Source: a virus
Lineage: Duplodnaviria > Caudoviricetes
Strand: one strand, 5' to 3'
Virus record (IMG/VR): IMGVR_UViG_2974513674_000001
Location: 32,001-96,000 of that record
Length of the DNA: 64,000 bases
The notes under the pieces: generated by a model
Told to the model about the DNA's origin: nothing
Databases searched by the model: none
The model's input: only the letters and a program-made list of their open reading frames with translations
Program-made: the position numbers and the translations under genes
Shown: piece by piece, positions 17,981 through 27,451 of the stretch
How positions within the stretch are numbered: the first letter of the stretch is position 1
Layout: every line of letters starts with the position of its first letter

Positions 17981-20065
17981 ATGGATCGCACCCAACGCAT
18001 CGTCATCATGCGAGAGGCAATCACGAAGATTGCCCAAATCTTGACGGACAGCAAAGTCCTCGTCACCCAAGCGGGTGTGAAGGCATTCGTCAAGTACGAC
18101 GACCGCACGCACAAGGCAACTCGGGTGAACATCCCGATGATCCCGGACGACGCCAGCGACGAGCTGATCGAAGGGATTCAGGGCTTCCTTGACAGCGAAA
18201 TCTCCAAAGTCCTGTACGCAGACGGCAAGTCGAACCTGCGCGCAGCTCATGAGAACATGAGCGGCCTGTACAACCCGCTTGAGTCCTTCTTCTGCGAGAA
18301 GGAAATGGTCAAGAACTTCGCGGGTTCGCGCCACAACCTGGCGAACATGCACCAGACCTTCGTGGACAAGTTCATCGAGCCGAAGCTGAAAGAAGCCCTC
18401 GCGAACGGTGCCGAAGAGCAAGAGCTGTTCCAAGTCCTCGCGATCCCAGCACTGCGTGCCTGGGGCGGCCAGAAGTTCTTCATCGACTACATGAGCGACA
18501 AGTGGTCGCTGATCGCCGGCATTCAGAAGCAGCTCGACCCAGTCGCCAAGAAGATGCAGGGTATGACCAAAGCGTCTGACTGCTACGACATGGCGAAAGA
18601 GATTCGCAACGTCGTGATGGGCGAACCCCCTGAAGGCGACGGCGATAACCCGTTCGGTGACGAAGACCCGAGCAAGTCCGGTAAGGGCGGCGGAGGTGGA
18701 GGCGCAGGTGGTCGCGGTGGCAAGTCAGGCGCGAAGGGCAAGCAGCCTCCGAAAGCAAACAAGGGTGCCGGCGCAGGCGAACTCGGTGACGAAGAAGACG
18801 AAGACCCAAGCGCTGCCGGCGGTGGTGGCAAGCCCGAACTCGAAGACGACGAGAAAGAAGAGGGTGAGGACGGCGAAGAGGATGATGATGACCTCGACGA
18901 CGATGAAGAGGACGAAGGCGATGACGAAGGTGATAAGCCTGAGCGTCGTGAAGAAGAGTCCGGTGAGGGTGGTGACGGCATCAGCTCTCAGCAAGAGAAC
19001 CAGGGTCCGAAAGAGGACACTGAGTCCGCTCAGTCTGAATACGGTGGCGCCAACTACCTGAAAGACTTCGACTGGAACAAGACCCAGGACATCGGCACTG
19101 AGTTTGGCCAGTACGTCAGCGACCTGTGCTCCACTGAAATGGCTGAAGAGGACTACACCGTCTTCACCCGTGAGTGGGACCAACTCGAAGCTCCAAAAAT
19201 CCCATCGTCGTACAGCCCAAAATGGCTCGAAGACATGGAGAGCGCAATCGCGGGCATGGTCGGCCCAGTGTCTCGCAACCTTGAGCGTGCGTTTGCAGCC
19301 CGGAACAAGTCGCTCACCCAGCAGGGTCTGCGCAAAGGCAAGATGTCGTCGAACAACCTGTATCGACTCGTCGCCGGCGACGACCATATCTACAAGAGCA
19401 AGATCGAGCACAAGACCCGGGAGATTGCCGTGTCGCTGGTGATCGACTGTTCGGGCTCGATGGGTGGCTCCAAGATCCACACTGCCATGTGCAGCGCCTG
19501 GGTACTTGCTGACGTCCTGGGTCGCCTGGGTGTCGAGTGCGAAATCATGGGCTTCACCACCGGTGACCTGTACGCACAGCGGTCGAAAGACCTCTACAAA
19601 GAAATGTGCGACGAGCACGCCGCCGGCAGGGAATGGGACCGCTGCGAGCCACTGCGACTGCCGATGTTCAAGACCTTCAAAGAGAAGTTCTCCATCGAAG
19701 TCAAGAAGCGGATGGCCAGCTATGCGCACGTCCAGTCTTCGATGGCATCGAACATCGACGGCGAGTCGATCCAGTATGCCTACGAGTCTCTGAACCGACA
19801 CGCCAATCGGGGTAAGAAGAAAGGCAAGATGATGATCGTCTTCAGCGATGGTCAGCCAGCAGGTGGTGTATCCAGTGCCAAGCTGAACGCCCACTTGAAA
19901 GCAGTGGTCAAGCGGATCGAGAAAGACGGTACGAATATCGTCGGCGTCGGCATCATGTCCAACGCTGTGCAGCACTTCTACCGTAAGAACGTGAAACTGG
20001 ACAACGTCGCCGACTTGCCGGGCATCGTCCTGAATCAGTTGCGGGACGCGCTGCTTGCCAGCTAA
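17981..20065 (+). CDS. CobT-like VWA (MIDAS) protein with acidic linker
   Basis: VSLVIDCSGSM MIDAS, EIMGFTT, NIDGE, IVFSDGQP, VGVGI; long D/E/G-rich linker. Confidence 0.85.
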   Translation: MDRTQRIVIMREAITKIAQILTDSKVLVTQAGVKAFVKYDDRTHKATRVNIPMIPDDASDELIEGIQGFLDSEISKVLYADGKSNLRAAHENMSGLYNPLESFFCEKEMVKNFAGSRHNLANMHQTFVDKFIEPKLKEALANGAEEQELFQVLAIPALRAWGGQKFFIDYMSDKWSLIAGIQKQLDPVAKKMQGMTKASDCYDMAKEIRNVVMGEPPEGDGDNPFGDEDPSKSGKGGGGGGAGGRGGKSGAKGKQPPKANKGAGAGELGDEEDEDPSAAGGGGKPELEDDEKEEGEDGEEDDDDLDDDEEDEGDDEGDKPERREEESGEGGDGISSQQENQGPKEDTESAQSEYGGANYLKDFDWNKTQDIGTEFGQYVSDLCSTEMAEEDYTVFTREWDQLEAPKIPSSYSPKWLEDMESAIAGMVGPVSRNLERAFAARNKSLTQQGLRKGKMSSNNLYRLVAGDDHIYKSKIEHKTREIAVSLVIDCSGSMGGSKIHTAMCSAWVLADVLGRLGVECEIMGFTTGDLYAQRSKDLYKEMCDEHAAGREWDRCEPLRLPMFKTFKEKFSIEVKKRMASYAHVQSSMASNIDGESIQYAYESLNRHANRGKKKGKMMIVFSDGQPAGGVSSAKLNAHLKAVVKRIEKDGTNIVGVGIMSNAVQHFYRKNVKLDNVADLPGIVLNQLRDALLAS

Positions 20066-20066
20066 A

Positions 20067-20108
20067 CCCCATAGCTTCCCCAAACGTGCGCTCTTACAAT
20101 GAGCGCAC
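20067..20108 (+). promoter_or_regulatory. Phage promoter, -10 in hairpin loop
   Basis: CCCC...CCCC-N13-TACAAT(20095); GTGCGCTC/GAGCGCAC. Confidence 0.7.
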
Positions 20109-20155
20109 TCAAACGAAACAAGCAATTTCAATTTTAAACAAACGAGGATTCACCA

Positions 20156-21382
20156 GTGAGCGATAAAATCAAGTGCGAAATCTGCGGCGAAGAAGTTCAC
20201 AGCATCGCCAACCACCTGAAGACTGCGCACAACGAGGACTCGGCCAAGCCGATGGACCTCGAAACTTATCGCGCTACCTATCCGGGCGCTGAAATCTTGT
20301 CCGAGCTGGGCAAGAAGAAAATGGCCGAAATGAAAGCCAAGCGTGAAGCTGAAGAAGCCAAGACCGCTGCTGCGAACCCTGAAGCTGGCGCCAAGCCTGC
20401 TGCATCGACCAACCCGGACATCGCGAAGGTCTTCTTCCACGAAGTCTTCAAGTTCCCGAAGAGCCCCAAGTCGGCCTTCACCAAAGCCGGCACCGGCATC
20501 CCTTGCACTGCTGACGCCCGTGATAGCAGCGTCGATGGTCACATGATCCCGGCCTGGTCCGACAACTACATCCTGAACCCAGACCTGACGAAGACCGTCA
20601 TGATGGCGTTCGAGATTCGCACCCCGATCTTCCTGTATGGTCACTCGGGTGTGGGCAAGTCGTCGATCTTCAAGCAAATGTGTGCCGGCCTGAACCGCCG
20701 TCTGTTCCGCTTCCAGCACACCGTTGACACCGAAGAGTCGCACATCGTTGGTCAGTGGGTCGTCAAGCCTCACATCAACCCGGATGGCTCTGCTGTATCG
20801 GTCACTGAGTTCGAGCTGGGTCCATTGCCAATGGCCATGCTCAACGGCTGGACCTACCTGGCTGACGAAATCGACCGTTCGTCTCCGACTGTTCTGTCCG
20901 CGTATCAAGCGATTCTCGAAGGCGAGCCGCTGATCATCAAGAACGCCCCTGCTCACCTTCGTGTGATCAAGCCGCACCCGCTGTTCGCGTTCGCTGCAAC
21001 TGGTAACACCAACGGCACCGGTGACCAATCCGGTCTGTACCAAGCAACTCTGACCCAAGACGCCGCGACCATCGAGCGTTTCGGTGTTGTAGCGATGGTG
21101 GACTACCCACCAGAGAAGCAAGAAATCGCCATGATCGCAGCAGCGACTGGTCTGTCCGAAGCTGACGCGAAGCGTATTCGCCAGTTCGCTGACGAGATTC
21201 GCACCAAGTCGTTCCCGAACATCGTGTCGCTCACCATCGGCCCGCGTGTTGCGATCAACATCGCTCGCATCGGCATGATGAAGGCTGACTTCGTAGAAGG
21301 CGCGCTGTATGCCTACTGCAACCGTCTGCCTGAAGCTGAGAAAGAAGCAGCACTGGGTGTCGCGAAGCGTATCCTGGCGTAA
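20156..21382 (+). CDS. CobS/MoxR-like AAA+ ATPase with N-terminal C2H2 finger
   Basis: CEIC...H...H; GHSGVGKS; LADEID; ATGNT; ATIERF. Confidence 0.88.
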   Translation: MSDKIKCEICGEEVHSIANHLKTAHNEDSAKPMDLETYRATYPGAEILSELGKKKMAEMKAKREAEEAKTAAANPEAGAKPAASTNPDIAKVFFHEVFKFPKSPKSAFTKAGTGIPCTADARDSSVDGHMIPAWSDNYILNPDLTKTVMMAFEIRTPIFLYGHSGVGKSSIFKQMCAGLNRRLFRFQHTVDTEESHIVGQWVVKPHINPDGSAVSVTEFELGPLPMAMLNGWTYLADEIDRSSPTVLSAYQAILEGEPLIIKNAPAHLRVIKPHPLFAFAATGNTNGTGDQSGLYQATLTQDAATIERFGVVAMVDYPPEKQEIAMIAAATGLSEADAKRIRQFADEIRTKSFPNIVSLTIGPRVAINIARIGMMKADFVEGALYAYCNRLPEAEKEAALGVAKRILA

Positions 21383-21399
21383 CATCGGCAGTAACTGAG

Positions 21400-21427
21400 A
21401 AAGCAGGTCTTCGTGACCTGCTTTTTT
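21400..21427 (+). terminator. Rho-independent terminator
   Basis: AAAGCAGGTC-ttcgt-GACCTGCTTTTTT. Confidence 0.85.
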
Positions 21428-21451
21428 GTCTTCATCGTAGGAGTTCGGCGG

Positions 21452-21994
21452 ATGCAATTCGATAAACCCGGATGTTTCGGGAACGCAATCACCTACAGCG
21501 TCAAGTCCAAGTCATGCCAGGAGTGCGAAGAGAGCCACTCATGCGCTCTGGCAGCCCGTCAGCGGATCGAAGAGCTTCGATCCCTCATCAGCGTAGAGGC
21601 GATCCTCAAAATGTCCCACAAGAGCCCGGAGAAGCCTGTAGAGAAGACCAGGTTCGACGCTGACTTGCCTGAGACAGCCCAGAAACTAATCGCTATGCTT
21701 CCTGACAACGCGCAGCGCACAGCAGCGCAGTTACTCAGGCTGAAGGTGAACTTCAGAAAGCACCTGATCGAAGGCATCAACCCGATCAAGAACCAGAAGC
21801 CGCTCGCGGTAGCCGTTCTGTTCGACCTGCTTCTGAAAGGGCCAGTAGAACGCATCACCTATCTGTTGGAGCTGAAGAATGTTCTCGGACACAGCCCGGC
21901 AGTAGCAGCAAGTCAAGCCGCAATTGGGGTCGCTGTCGTCGTGGGGCTGGGTATTGCCAAACGCGAAGGCGAGAATCTGATTATCAGGAGATAG
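21452..21994 (+). CDS. Hypothetical protein, Cys cluster plus possible winged helix
   Basis: CFG...CxxC...C; C-terminus similar to that of 51841..52677. Confidence 0.6.
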   Translation: MQFDKPGCFGNAITYSVKSKSCQECEESHSCALAARQRIEELRSLISVEAILKMSHKSPEKPVEKTRFDADLPETAQKLIAMLPDNAQRTAAQLLRLKVNFRKHLIEGINPIKNQKPLAVAVLFDLLLKGPVERITYLLELKNVLGHSPAVAASQAAIGVAVVVGLGIAKREGENLIIRR

Positions 21995-21995
21995 A

Positions 21996-24900
21996 ATGAA
22001 CAACCTCTTAGGGGCCAAGACCCACTTTAGTCTCGGCGAATCCATCTACGACCCGGAAGCCCTCGTCAAAAAGGCAGAGCTTGCCGGGTACGATGGCATT
22101 GTCGTGACCGATGTCGAATCAATCGACTCGATGCCAATCCTGGCGGGCAAGGCGAAGGGCCTGCAAGTAGGACTGGGCGTGCAAATCTCAGTCGTCCAAG
22201 ACCTGACCTGGGTCGCAGCCAAACGGGGCGAGCCCAAGCGCGCGCCAAACCCGTTCTTCATGCCCACTCTGTTTGTTCGGAACGATGCCGGCTTCGCGGA
22301 CTTGTGCGAGCTGTTGACCCTCGCCCAGAGCGAAGATCACTTCTGCACGAAGCCAAGCCGTATGCAGATCGACCTGAGCGAGCTGCTGGCGTTCGTGCAG
22401 CGGGGCAACCTAACGATGACGCTGGGAAGCGCTTATAGCGCGCTACAGCACAAGCAACGCGAAGCGCTGCTAGATGCGTGCTGCGATGTCTTGGACGTCT
22501 CACAGATGCTCTGTGAGCTGATCCCAGTTAGCAGCGCATTCTATGATCGACACAACTTCAACACGCTGAAGCTGATGCAGGAACGGGGCATCGAAGGCAT
22601 CGTTACCAGGCCGACCCTCAATCAGAAAGACGAGGTCAGCTTCCGCAACACGATGAACTCGATCCTGTCGCACGACAAGGTCGACAGCACCTGGCGCCGC
22701 GAGCCGCCCGAAGACCTGCACATCATCGAAGCAACCGAAGTGGTCACACACGTCGGCACCCTGATCGAACGCATGGTCAAAATGGGGTTCGATGATGACG
22801 CGGCAACGGACATGATCAATCAGGCTTGGTGCAAGAACCAGGCGTACTTCACTGACCACCCGTACAAGTGGTCGAAGATGACCCCGAGCCTGCCCGTCAT
22901 GTCTGCCAACCCAATGGCTGACATCGTCGCGATCTGCAAGCAAGGCTGGAAAGAGCGCCTGGGCAAAGAGGTGTTCGGGTACAAGCCTGACGCAAGCCTG
23001 CTGCCCAAGTACCAGGAGCGCCTGAAGTATGAGCTGTCGATTCTCCAGAAGATGGAGTTCGAGCCGTACTTCCAGCTCGTTCACTACATCGTCAACTGGT
23101 CGAAGAACGACGGCATCATGGTTGGCCCGGGTCGGGGTTCGGTAGGTGGTTCGCTCGTTGCGTACCTGATGGGGATCACCGACGTGGACCCGATCCGCTT
23201 CGACCTGATCTTCGAGCGCTTCATCAACCCGGAACGTATCGACTTGCCCGACGTCGACCTCGACTTCATGTCCAGTCGCCGTCAAGACATCGTCGACCAC
23301 CTGGTGAGCAAGTTCGGCGACGAGCGTGTCGTCCAGATCGCCAACTACAACACCATCGCCGGTGCTGGTGCGATCCAAGCGGTGGGCAAGGCTCACGGCC
23401 TGCATGAGAGCCAGTACGAGTGCTCGAAGCTGGTTCCGAAAGAGTCGGGCGTGCCAATCCCTCTTGAGAAAGCGGTCGCGTTCGTGCCCGAACTTGAGAA
23501 GCTGGCTCTGAACCACCCTGAAGTCTGGGCAGCGTCCGTCGGCCTGCAAGGCACCTTCAAGAACTTCGCCAAGCACGCAGCCGGTGTCGTCGTAGCCGGT
23601 ACTGACATCGTGGGTCGCGGCGTAGTGAACCGGCGCCAGGGTGTGGGTATCGTGAACTGGGACAAGCGGGTCGTCGAAGACTTCGGCTTGATCAAGCTCG
23701 ACGTGCTGGGTCTGTCCAACTTGGATATTCTCCGTCTCGCACGGGACTACATCCGCGAAGCGCACGCAATCGAGGTCGACTTCACCACGCTTCCGCTCGA
23801 CGACAAGAAAGTCCTGGACAGCTTCGCAGCGGGCAAGACCTATGGCGTGTTCCAGTTCGAGTCTGGGGGTATGCGCAAGCTGCTCAAGGAACTCGGCAGC
23901 GGGGGCAATCTGACCTTTGAAGACTGTGTCGCCGCAACAGCACTGTTCCGACCCGGCCCAATCCAAGCTGGCCTGATGGACCTGTACGTGTCGATCAAGA
24001 AGGAATTCACCGAGCCGGAGTATCTGCACCCGAACATGAAAGCCGCACTGGAGCCCACGATGTCTGTGATGGTCTACCAGGAGCAGGTCATGCAAATCTC
24101 CCGTGACCTCGCCGGCTACACGTTCCCAGAGGCAGACGGCCTGCGGAAGATCATGGGTAAGAAAGACCCGGTCAAGATGGCCGAGCAGCGCGACAAGTTC
24201 GTCGATGGCTGTATCGCTACGTCTGGATTGGATCACGCAACCGCAACCTTCATCTTTGAGCAGATCGAGAAGTTCGCTGGCTACGGCTTCAACAAATCCC
24301 ACTCCGTCGCGTACACCCTCATTTCCTACATGACCATGTGGGTGAAGGTCTACTACCCAGAGGCGTTCTACGCCGCGTGCTTGTCGATCTTGGACGAGCA
24401 GAAGCTCTCAGGGCTAGCCAAAGACGCGCAAGCGAACGACATCTACATTGTCCCGCCTGACATCAACCACAGCTCAGGGCGGTACGAGGTGGGCTTTGAT
24501 GCGGCACGGGGTCAGAAGATTCTGTACGCACCGTTCCAGTCGATCAAAGGCATGAGCGACAAGTCGGCCGCTGCGATTGTGGCAGCACGTCAGAAGCTGG
24601 GTCGCGGCTTCAAGAATAAAGCGGAGCTGATCCTCGAAGTGGACCGGCGCGCTTGCAACAAGCGTCACCAGGAAATGCTGGACAAGATCGGGGCATTCGC
24701 CAAGATCGAACCTGGCCAACTGGACGCCCGACACCCGGATCGGTTGCGTGACCAGAAGGAGCTGCTGCCGGGCATCGTCGTCAGCAACGTGAAGGCGGAG
24801 AGGGTGATCGAAATCACTGGCGATGTCAGCGCAGAGCTGATCCAGATCGTCGACGACTTCCAAGCACACAAAGGCTGCGACGGCTGTCCGTTCATTGGTC

Positions 24901-25388
24901 GACCGCACCCTATGCCAGTCCTGGGCAAGAAGCCGAAGATCATGATCGTCCTCGATGGCCCATCGTACAAAGAGGAAGAGAAGGGTCAGATGATGGTCGG
25001 TGACACCGGCGCATTCATCAAGGCTGCGATGACGAAGGCTGGGCTCAAGATGTCTGAGGTCTACGTGACCAGCTACATCAAAGCCCGCAAGCTGAAGGAC
25101 GAGGAAATCGAGAACACGACCGCGAACGGCTGCGGCCGCTATCTCAACCGTGAAATCGACCTTCTGAAGCCGCCGGTGATCGTCGCCCTGGGCAGCAAGT
25201 CCGTGCGGCAACTGGTGCCGGACATCAAGGGCGGGTGGGAAGAGAACTGCGGCAAGTCGTTCTTCGATCCAAAGGCCGACTGCACAGTGGTCAGCGGTTT
25301 CAACCCGGCGATGATCTGCTTCGACGGCGCGAAACAGGCTCTGCTCGACCAGGTGTTCCAACAGGTAGCTGACATCTTCAGCGTATAA
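21996..25388 (+). CDS. dnaE: DNA polymerase III alpha (DnaE) with C-terminal family-4 UDG-like domain
   Basis: GPGRGSVGGSLVAY, FERFINPER, PDVDLDF, KHAAG, KLDVLGL, FQFES, FAGYGFNKSH; C-terminal CxxC...IVLDGP..E...REIDLLKP.VIVALG...NPA. Confidence 0.95.
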   Translation: MNNLLGAKTHFSLGESIYDPEALVKKAELAGYDGIVVTDVESIDSMPILAGKAKGLQVGLGVQISVVQDLTWVAAKRGEPKRAPNPFFMPTLFVRNDAGFADLCELLTLAQSEDHFCTKPSRMQIDLSELLAFVQRGNLTMTLGSAYSALQHKQREALLDACCDVLDVSQMLCELIPVSSAFYDRHNFNTLKLMQERGIEGIVTRPTLNQKDEVSFRNTMNSILSHDKVDSTWRREPPEDLHIIEATEVVTHVGTLIERMVKMGFDDDAATDMINQAWCKNQAYFTDHPYKWSKMTPSLPVMSANPMADIVAICKQGWKERLGKEVFGYKPDASLLPKYQERLKYELSILQKMEFEPYFQLVHYIVNWSKNDGIMVGPGRGSVGGSLVAYLMGITDVDPIRFDLIFERFINPERIDLPDVDLDFMSSRRQDIVDHLVSKFGDERVVQIANYNTIAGAGAIQAVGKAHGLHESQYECSKLVPKESGVPIPLEKAVAFVPELEKLALNHPEVWAASVGLQGTFKNFAKHAAGVVVAGTDIVGRGVVNRRQGVGIVNWDKRVVEDFGLIKLDVLGLSNLDILRLARDYIREAHAIEVDFTTLPLDDKKVLDSFAAGKTYGVFQFESGGMRKLLKELGSGGNLTFEDCVAATALFRPGPIQAGLMDLYVSIKKEFTEPEYLHPNMKAALEPTMSVMVYQEQVMQISRDLAGYTFPEADGLRKIMGKKDPVKMAEQRDKFVDGCIATSGLDHATATFIFEQIEKFAGYGFNKSHSVAYTLISYMTMWVKVYYPEAFYAACLSILDEQKLSGLAKDAQANDIYIVPPDINHSSGRYEVGFDAARGQKILYAPFQSIKGMSDKSAAAIVAARQKLGRGFKNKAELILEVDRRACNKRHQEMLDKIGAFAKIEPGQLDARHPDRLRDQKELLPGIVVSNVKAERVIEITGDVSAELIQIVDDFQAHKGCDGCPFIGRPHPMPVLGKKPKIMIVLDGPSYKEEEKGQMMVGDTGAFIKAAMTKAGLKMSEVYVTSYIKARKLKDEEIENTTANGCGRYLNREIDLLKPPVIVALGSKSVRQLVPDIKGGWEENCGKSFFDPKADCTVVSGFNPAMICFDGAKQALLDQVFQQVADIFSV

Positions 25389-25433
25389 CCCATAGAAACC
25401 CCAGCGTCAGCGCGCTTTAATAGCGTCTGACGC
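25389..25433 (+). promoter_or_regulatory. Phage promoter, -10 in hairpin loop
   Basis: CCC...CCCC-N13-TTTAAT(25416); GCGTCAG/CTGACGC outer stem. Confidence 0.6.
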
Positions 25434-25460
25434 ATTCACACAAACAGCGAGACTCAACCG

Positions 25461-26741
25461 ATGAAAGAAGCAAACGACATCGACGAGCTGGAAGCCCTGC
25501 TTTCTGGTCTTAACGAAGACGAACTGAACCAGCTCGAAGAGTTGGATACGCCTGTGGCCAAGCCAGCGCCTGTCACCGACGACGATGTCACCGACGCAGA
25601 ACTGATCGGCGAAATCGAAGACGAGCCAGCCGCAGCACCTGCAAAGCCTGTGAAGCGTGTGAAACGTCTCAAGCCTCTGCCGGAAGAAACCCCGAAGCCG
25701 ACTGCTGAAGCGTCTGACGAAGACGCAGAGCTGGCCGCCCTGGCAGAACTCGACACTCAACCTGTGATCGAGAAGGCCCCAGAGCCTGAACCTGAGCCCG
25801 AACCCGAGCCTGAAGTAGAAGCCGGCAACCCAGGCACCGGCGCAAGCGCTGCTGAAATCGTAGCCGAGCAAGTGATCGACCTGCTGACCACCCTGCCGCC
25901 GCAGTACGGCCTGGCTGAAGACGAAGACCTGTCTGAAATCTTCGACCCGATCCTGAACCGCATCACCGAGAACTCGAAGATCCACTTGATCGAGAAGGCG
26001 TTGCGCAAGGCTCTGATCAAGAAGACTGGCCTGGACCCGACCGGCATTGTCACCCCACTCGAAGAACAGCCTGCGAAGACTGTAACCACCGAAGAAGTGA
26101 CCGTGCATGTAGAGCCTGTCGTCGAGAAGACGCCTGAACCCGAACCCGAGCAAGCCGGCGACAGCGATGCTGAACTCGAAGCCTTGCTGGCAGCAGTCCC
26201 TGAAGTAGCCCCAGCTCCGAAGGCAACTGTCACCTCCCCGTCGAAGCCGGTAGCAGTAACCCCGACTCGCAAGGCCGGTGGTCTGAACACCTTCATCGAC
26301 GCTGACCAGTTGCAGAAAGACCTGCACTTCACCGAGTTGACCATCAACGATGGCATGACCCGGCAAGCAGCGCTGTTCGCTCACTACGCCCGGTTGTCTG
26401 CTGACGCCACGTATCAGTCTGACCGTGCGAAGCAGCAAGTGGACCTCCTGGAAGCGCAGCTCAACCAGAAGTTCCGTGATTCGCTGGTCACAGCCGGCAC
26501 CAAGTTCACTGAAAAATCCATCGACTCGATGGTCATCCAGGACAGCAGCTACCAGGCCGCCCAGGAACGCGCTCACGAAGCGAAGGCTATCGCGTCGATG
26601 GTTGCATCTGCGGCGGACAGCTTCCGTCACCGCAAAGACATGCTGATCCAAGTTGGTGCAGACCTGCGCCTGGAGAAGCAGGGTGAACTTCGCATGAAGG
26701 CGCACCCGGGTCAGAGCGCCCTTGATCAACTGGAGAAATAA
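25461..26741 (+). CDS. Acidic low-complexity N-terminus plus UvsY-like helical C-domain (putative recombination mediator)
   Basis: C-terminal ~130 aa follows the T4 UvsY pattern by eye; lies in the SSB/RecA cluster. Confidence 0.5.
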   Translation: MKEANDIDELEALLSGLNEDELNQLEELDTPVAKPAPVTDDDVTDAELIGEIEDEPAAAPAKPVKRVKRLKPLPEETPKPTAEASDEDAELAALAELDTQPVIEKAPEPEPEPEPEPEVEAGNPGTGASAAEIVAEQVIDLLTTLPPQYGLAEDEDLSEIFDPILNRITENSKIHLIEKALRKALIKKTGLDPTGIVTPLEEQPAKTVTTEEVTVHVEPVVEKTPEPEPEQAGDSDAELEALLAAVPEVAPAPKATVTSPSKPVAVTPTRKAGGLNTFIDADQLQKDLHFTELTINDGMTRQAALFAHYARLSADATYQSDRAKQQVDLLEAQLNQKFRDSLVTAGTKFTEKSIDSMVIQDSSYQAAQERAHEAKAIASMVASAADSFRHRKDMLIQVGADLRLEKQGELRMKAHPGQSALDQLEK

Positions 26742-26744
26742 CGA

Positions 26745-27269
26745 ATGGATCTACTGACTGTTGGCTGCATTGCGACCGTTGTCGCAGTAGCAGCCGGCGT
26801 CACGGTTTATGTGAACCGTAAACGCCGCCGTGCAATCGCTGCAATGGAACGTCGTCGTGCTGAGCGCCGCGATCCACCCATAACCGAGCCGAATCGCTAC
26901 TCCGGTCCTCCAAGTAGCCTGGTTCAAAAGGTCAATGGCAACAAAATTCACGACGCCGGTCCGAAAGACATCGCCCTGATGCCGGATCGTCGCCGAGCAC
27001 CAACGCCGGATCGTCGTGTGACCCCGCGCCCAGCAGCAACCGGTGCAGGTCGTCGTGCAGATGACGAGGCAGAGCGCCGCCGTCGTGACAATGACCGCCG
27101 TGATGACAGCGACTACATCGCTCCGCAATGTTCCCCGTCTTATCACGACACCAGCTCCAGCCATCGTAGCAGCAGCTCCTGCGGTGGTTCTTCCTGGGGT
27201 GGTTCGTCGAGCAGTTCCGACAGCTCGTCGTCCTCCAGTTCTGATTCCGGTTCGTCTTCGTGCGACTGA
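26745..27269 (+). CDS. Membrane-anchored protein with Arg-rich middle and Ser-rich tail
   Basis: N-terminal TM; tail SSSSSDSSSSSSSDSGSSSCD. Confidence 0.6.
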   Translation: MDLLTVGCIATVVAVAAGVTVYVNRKRRRAIAAMERRRAERRDPPITEPNRYSGPPSSLVQKVNGNKIHDAGPKDIALMPDRRRAPTPDRRVTPRPAATGAGRRADDEAERRRRDNDRRDDSDYIAPQCSPSYHDTSSSHRSSSSCGGSSWGGSSSSSDSSSSSSSDSGSSSCD

Positions 27270-27313
27270 AATCAGCCTCAGATGTACCTGTAGCACAGTG
27301 TCAAAAACAGCAG

Positions 27314-27442
27314 TAGAATGATCGACATCAGAAGGGCAGCAGCTAAGGTGAAAGCCCAAGTGGTCCGCCCTTCTGATGAAAATCTCGACAGATAAACCTT
27401 CTCGACATATCGACAATTCGACAGATCGACATAAAAACGGAG
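27314..27442 (+). promoter_or_regulatory. Structured and repetitive leader of the SSB gene (candidate translational operator)
   Basis: TAGAAT at 27314; 12-bp stem CATCAGAAGGGC/GCCCTTCTGATG; TCGACA repeats at 8-nt period before the SD. Confidence 0.55.
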
Positions 27443-27451
27443 TAACACAAG

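Noticed and set aside
17981-21382. Cobalamin biosynthesis (literal CobST chelatase)
   Set aside because: No cobN or other cob genes; better read as a MoxR-VWA chaperone pair.
27385-27431. TCGACA repeats as a CRISPR array
   Set aside because: 6-nt units with 2-nt gaps, no spacers and no cas genes.
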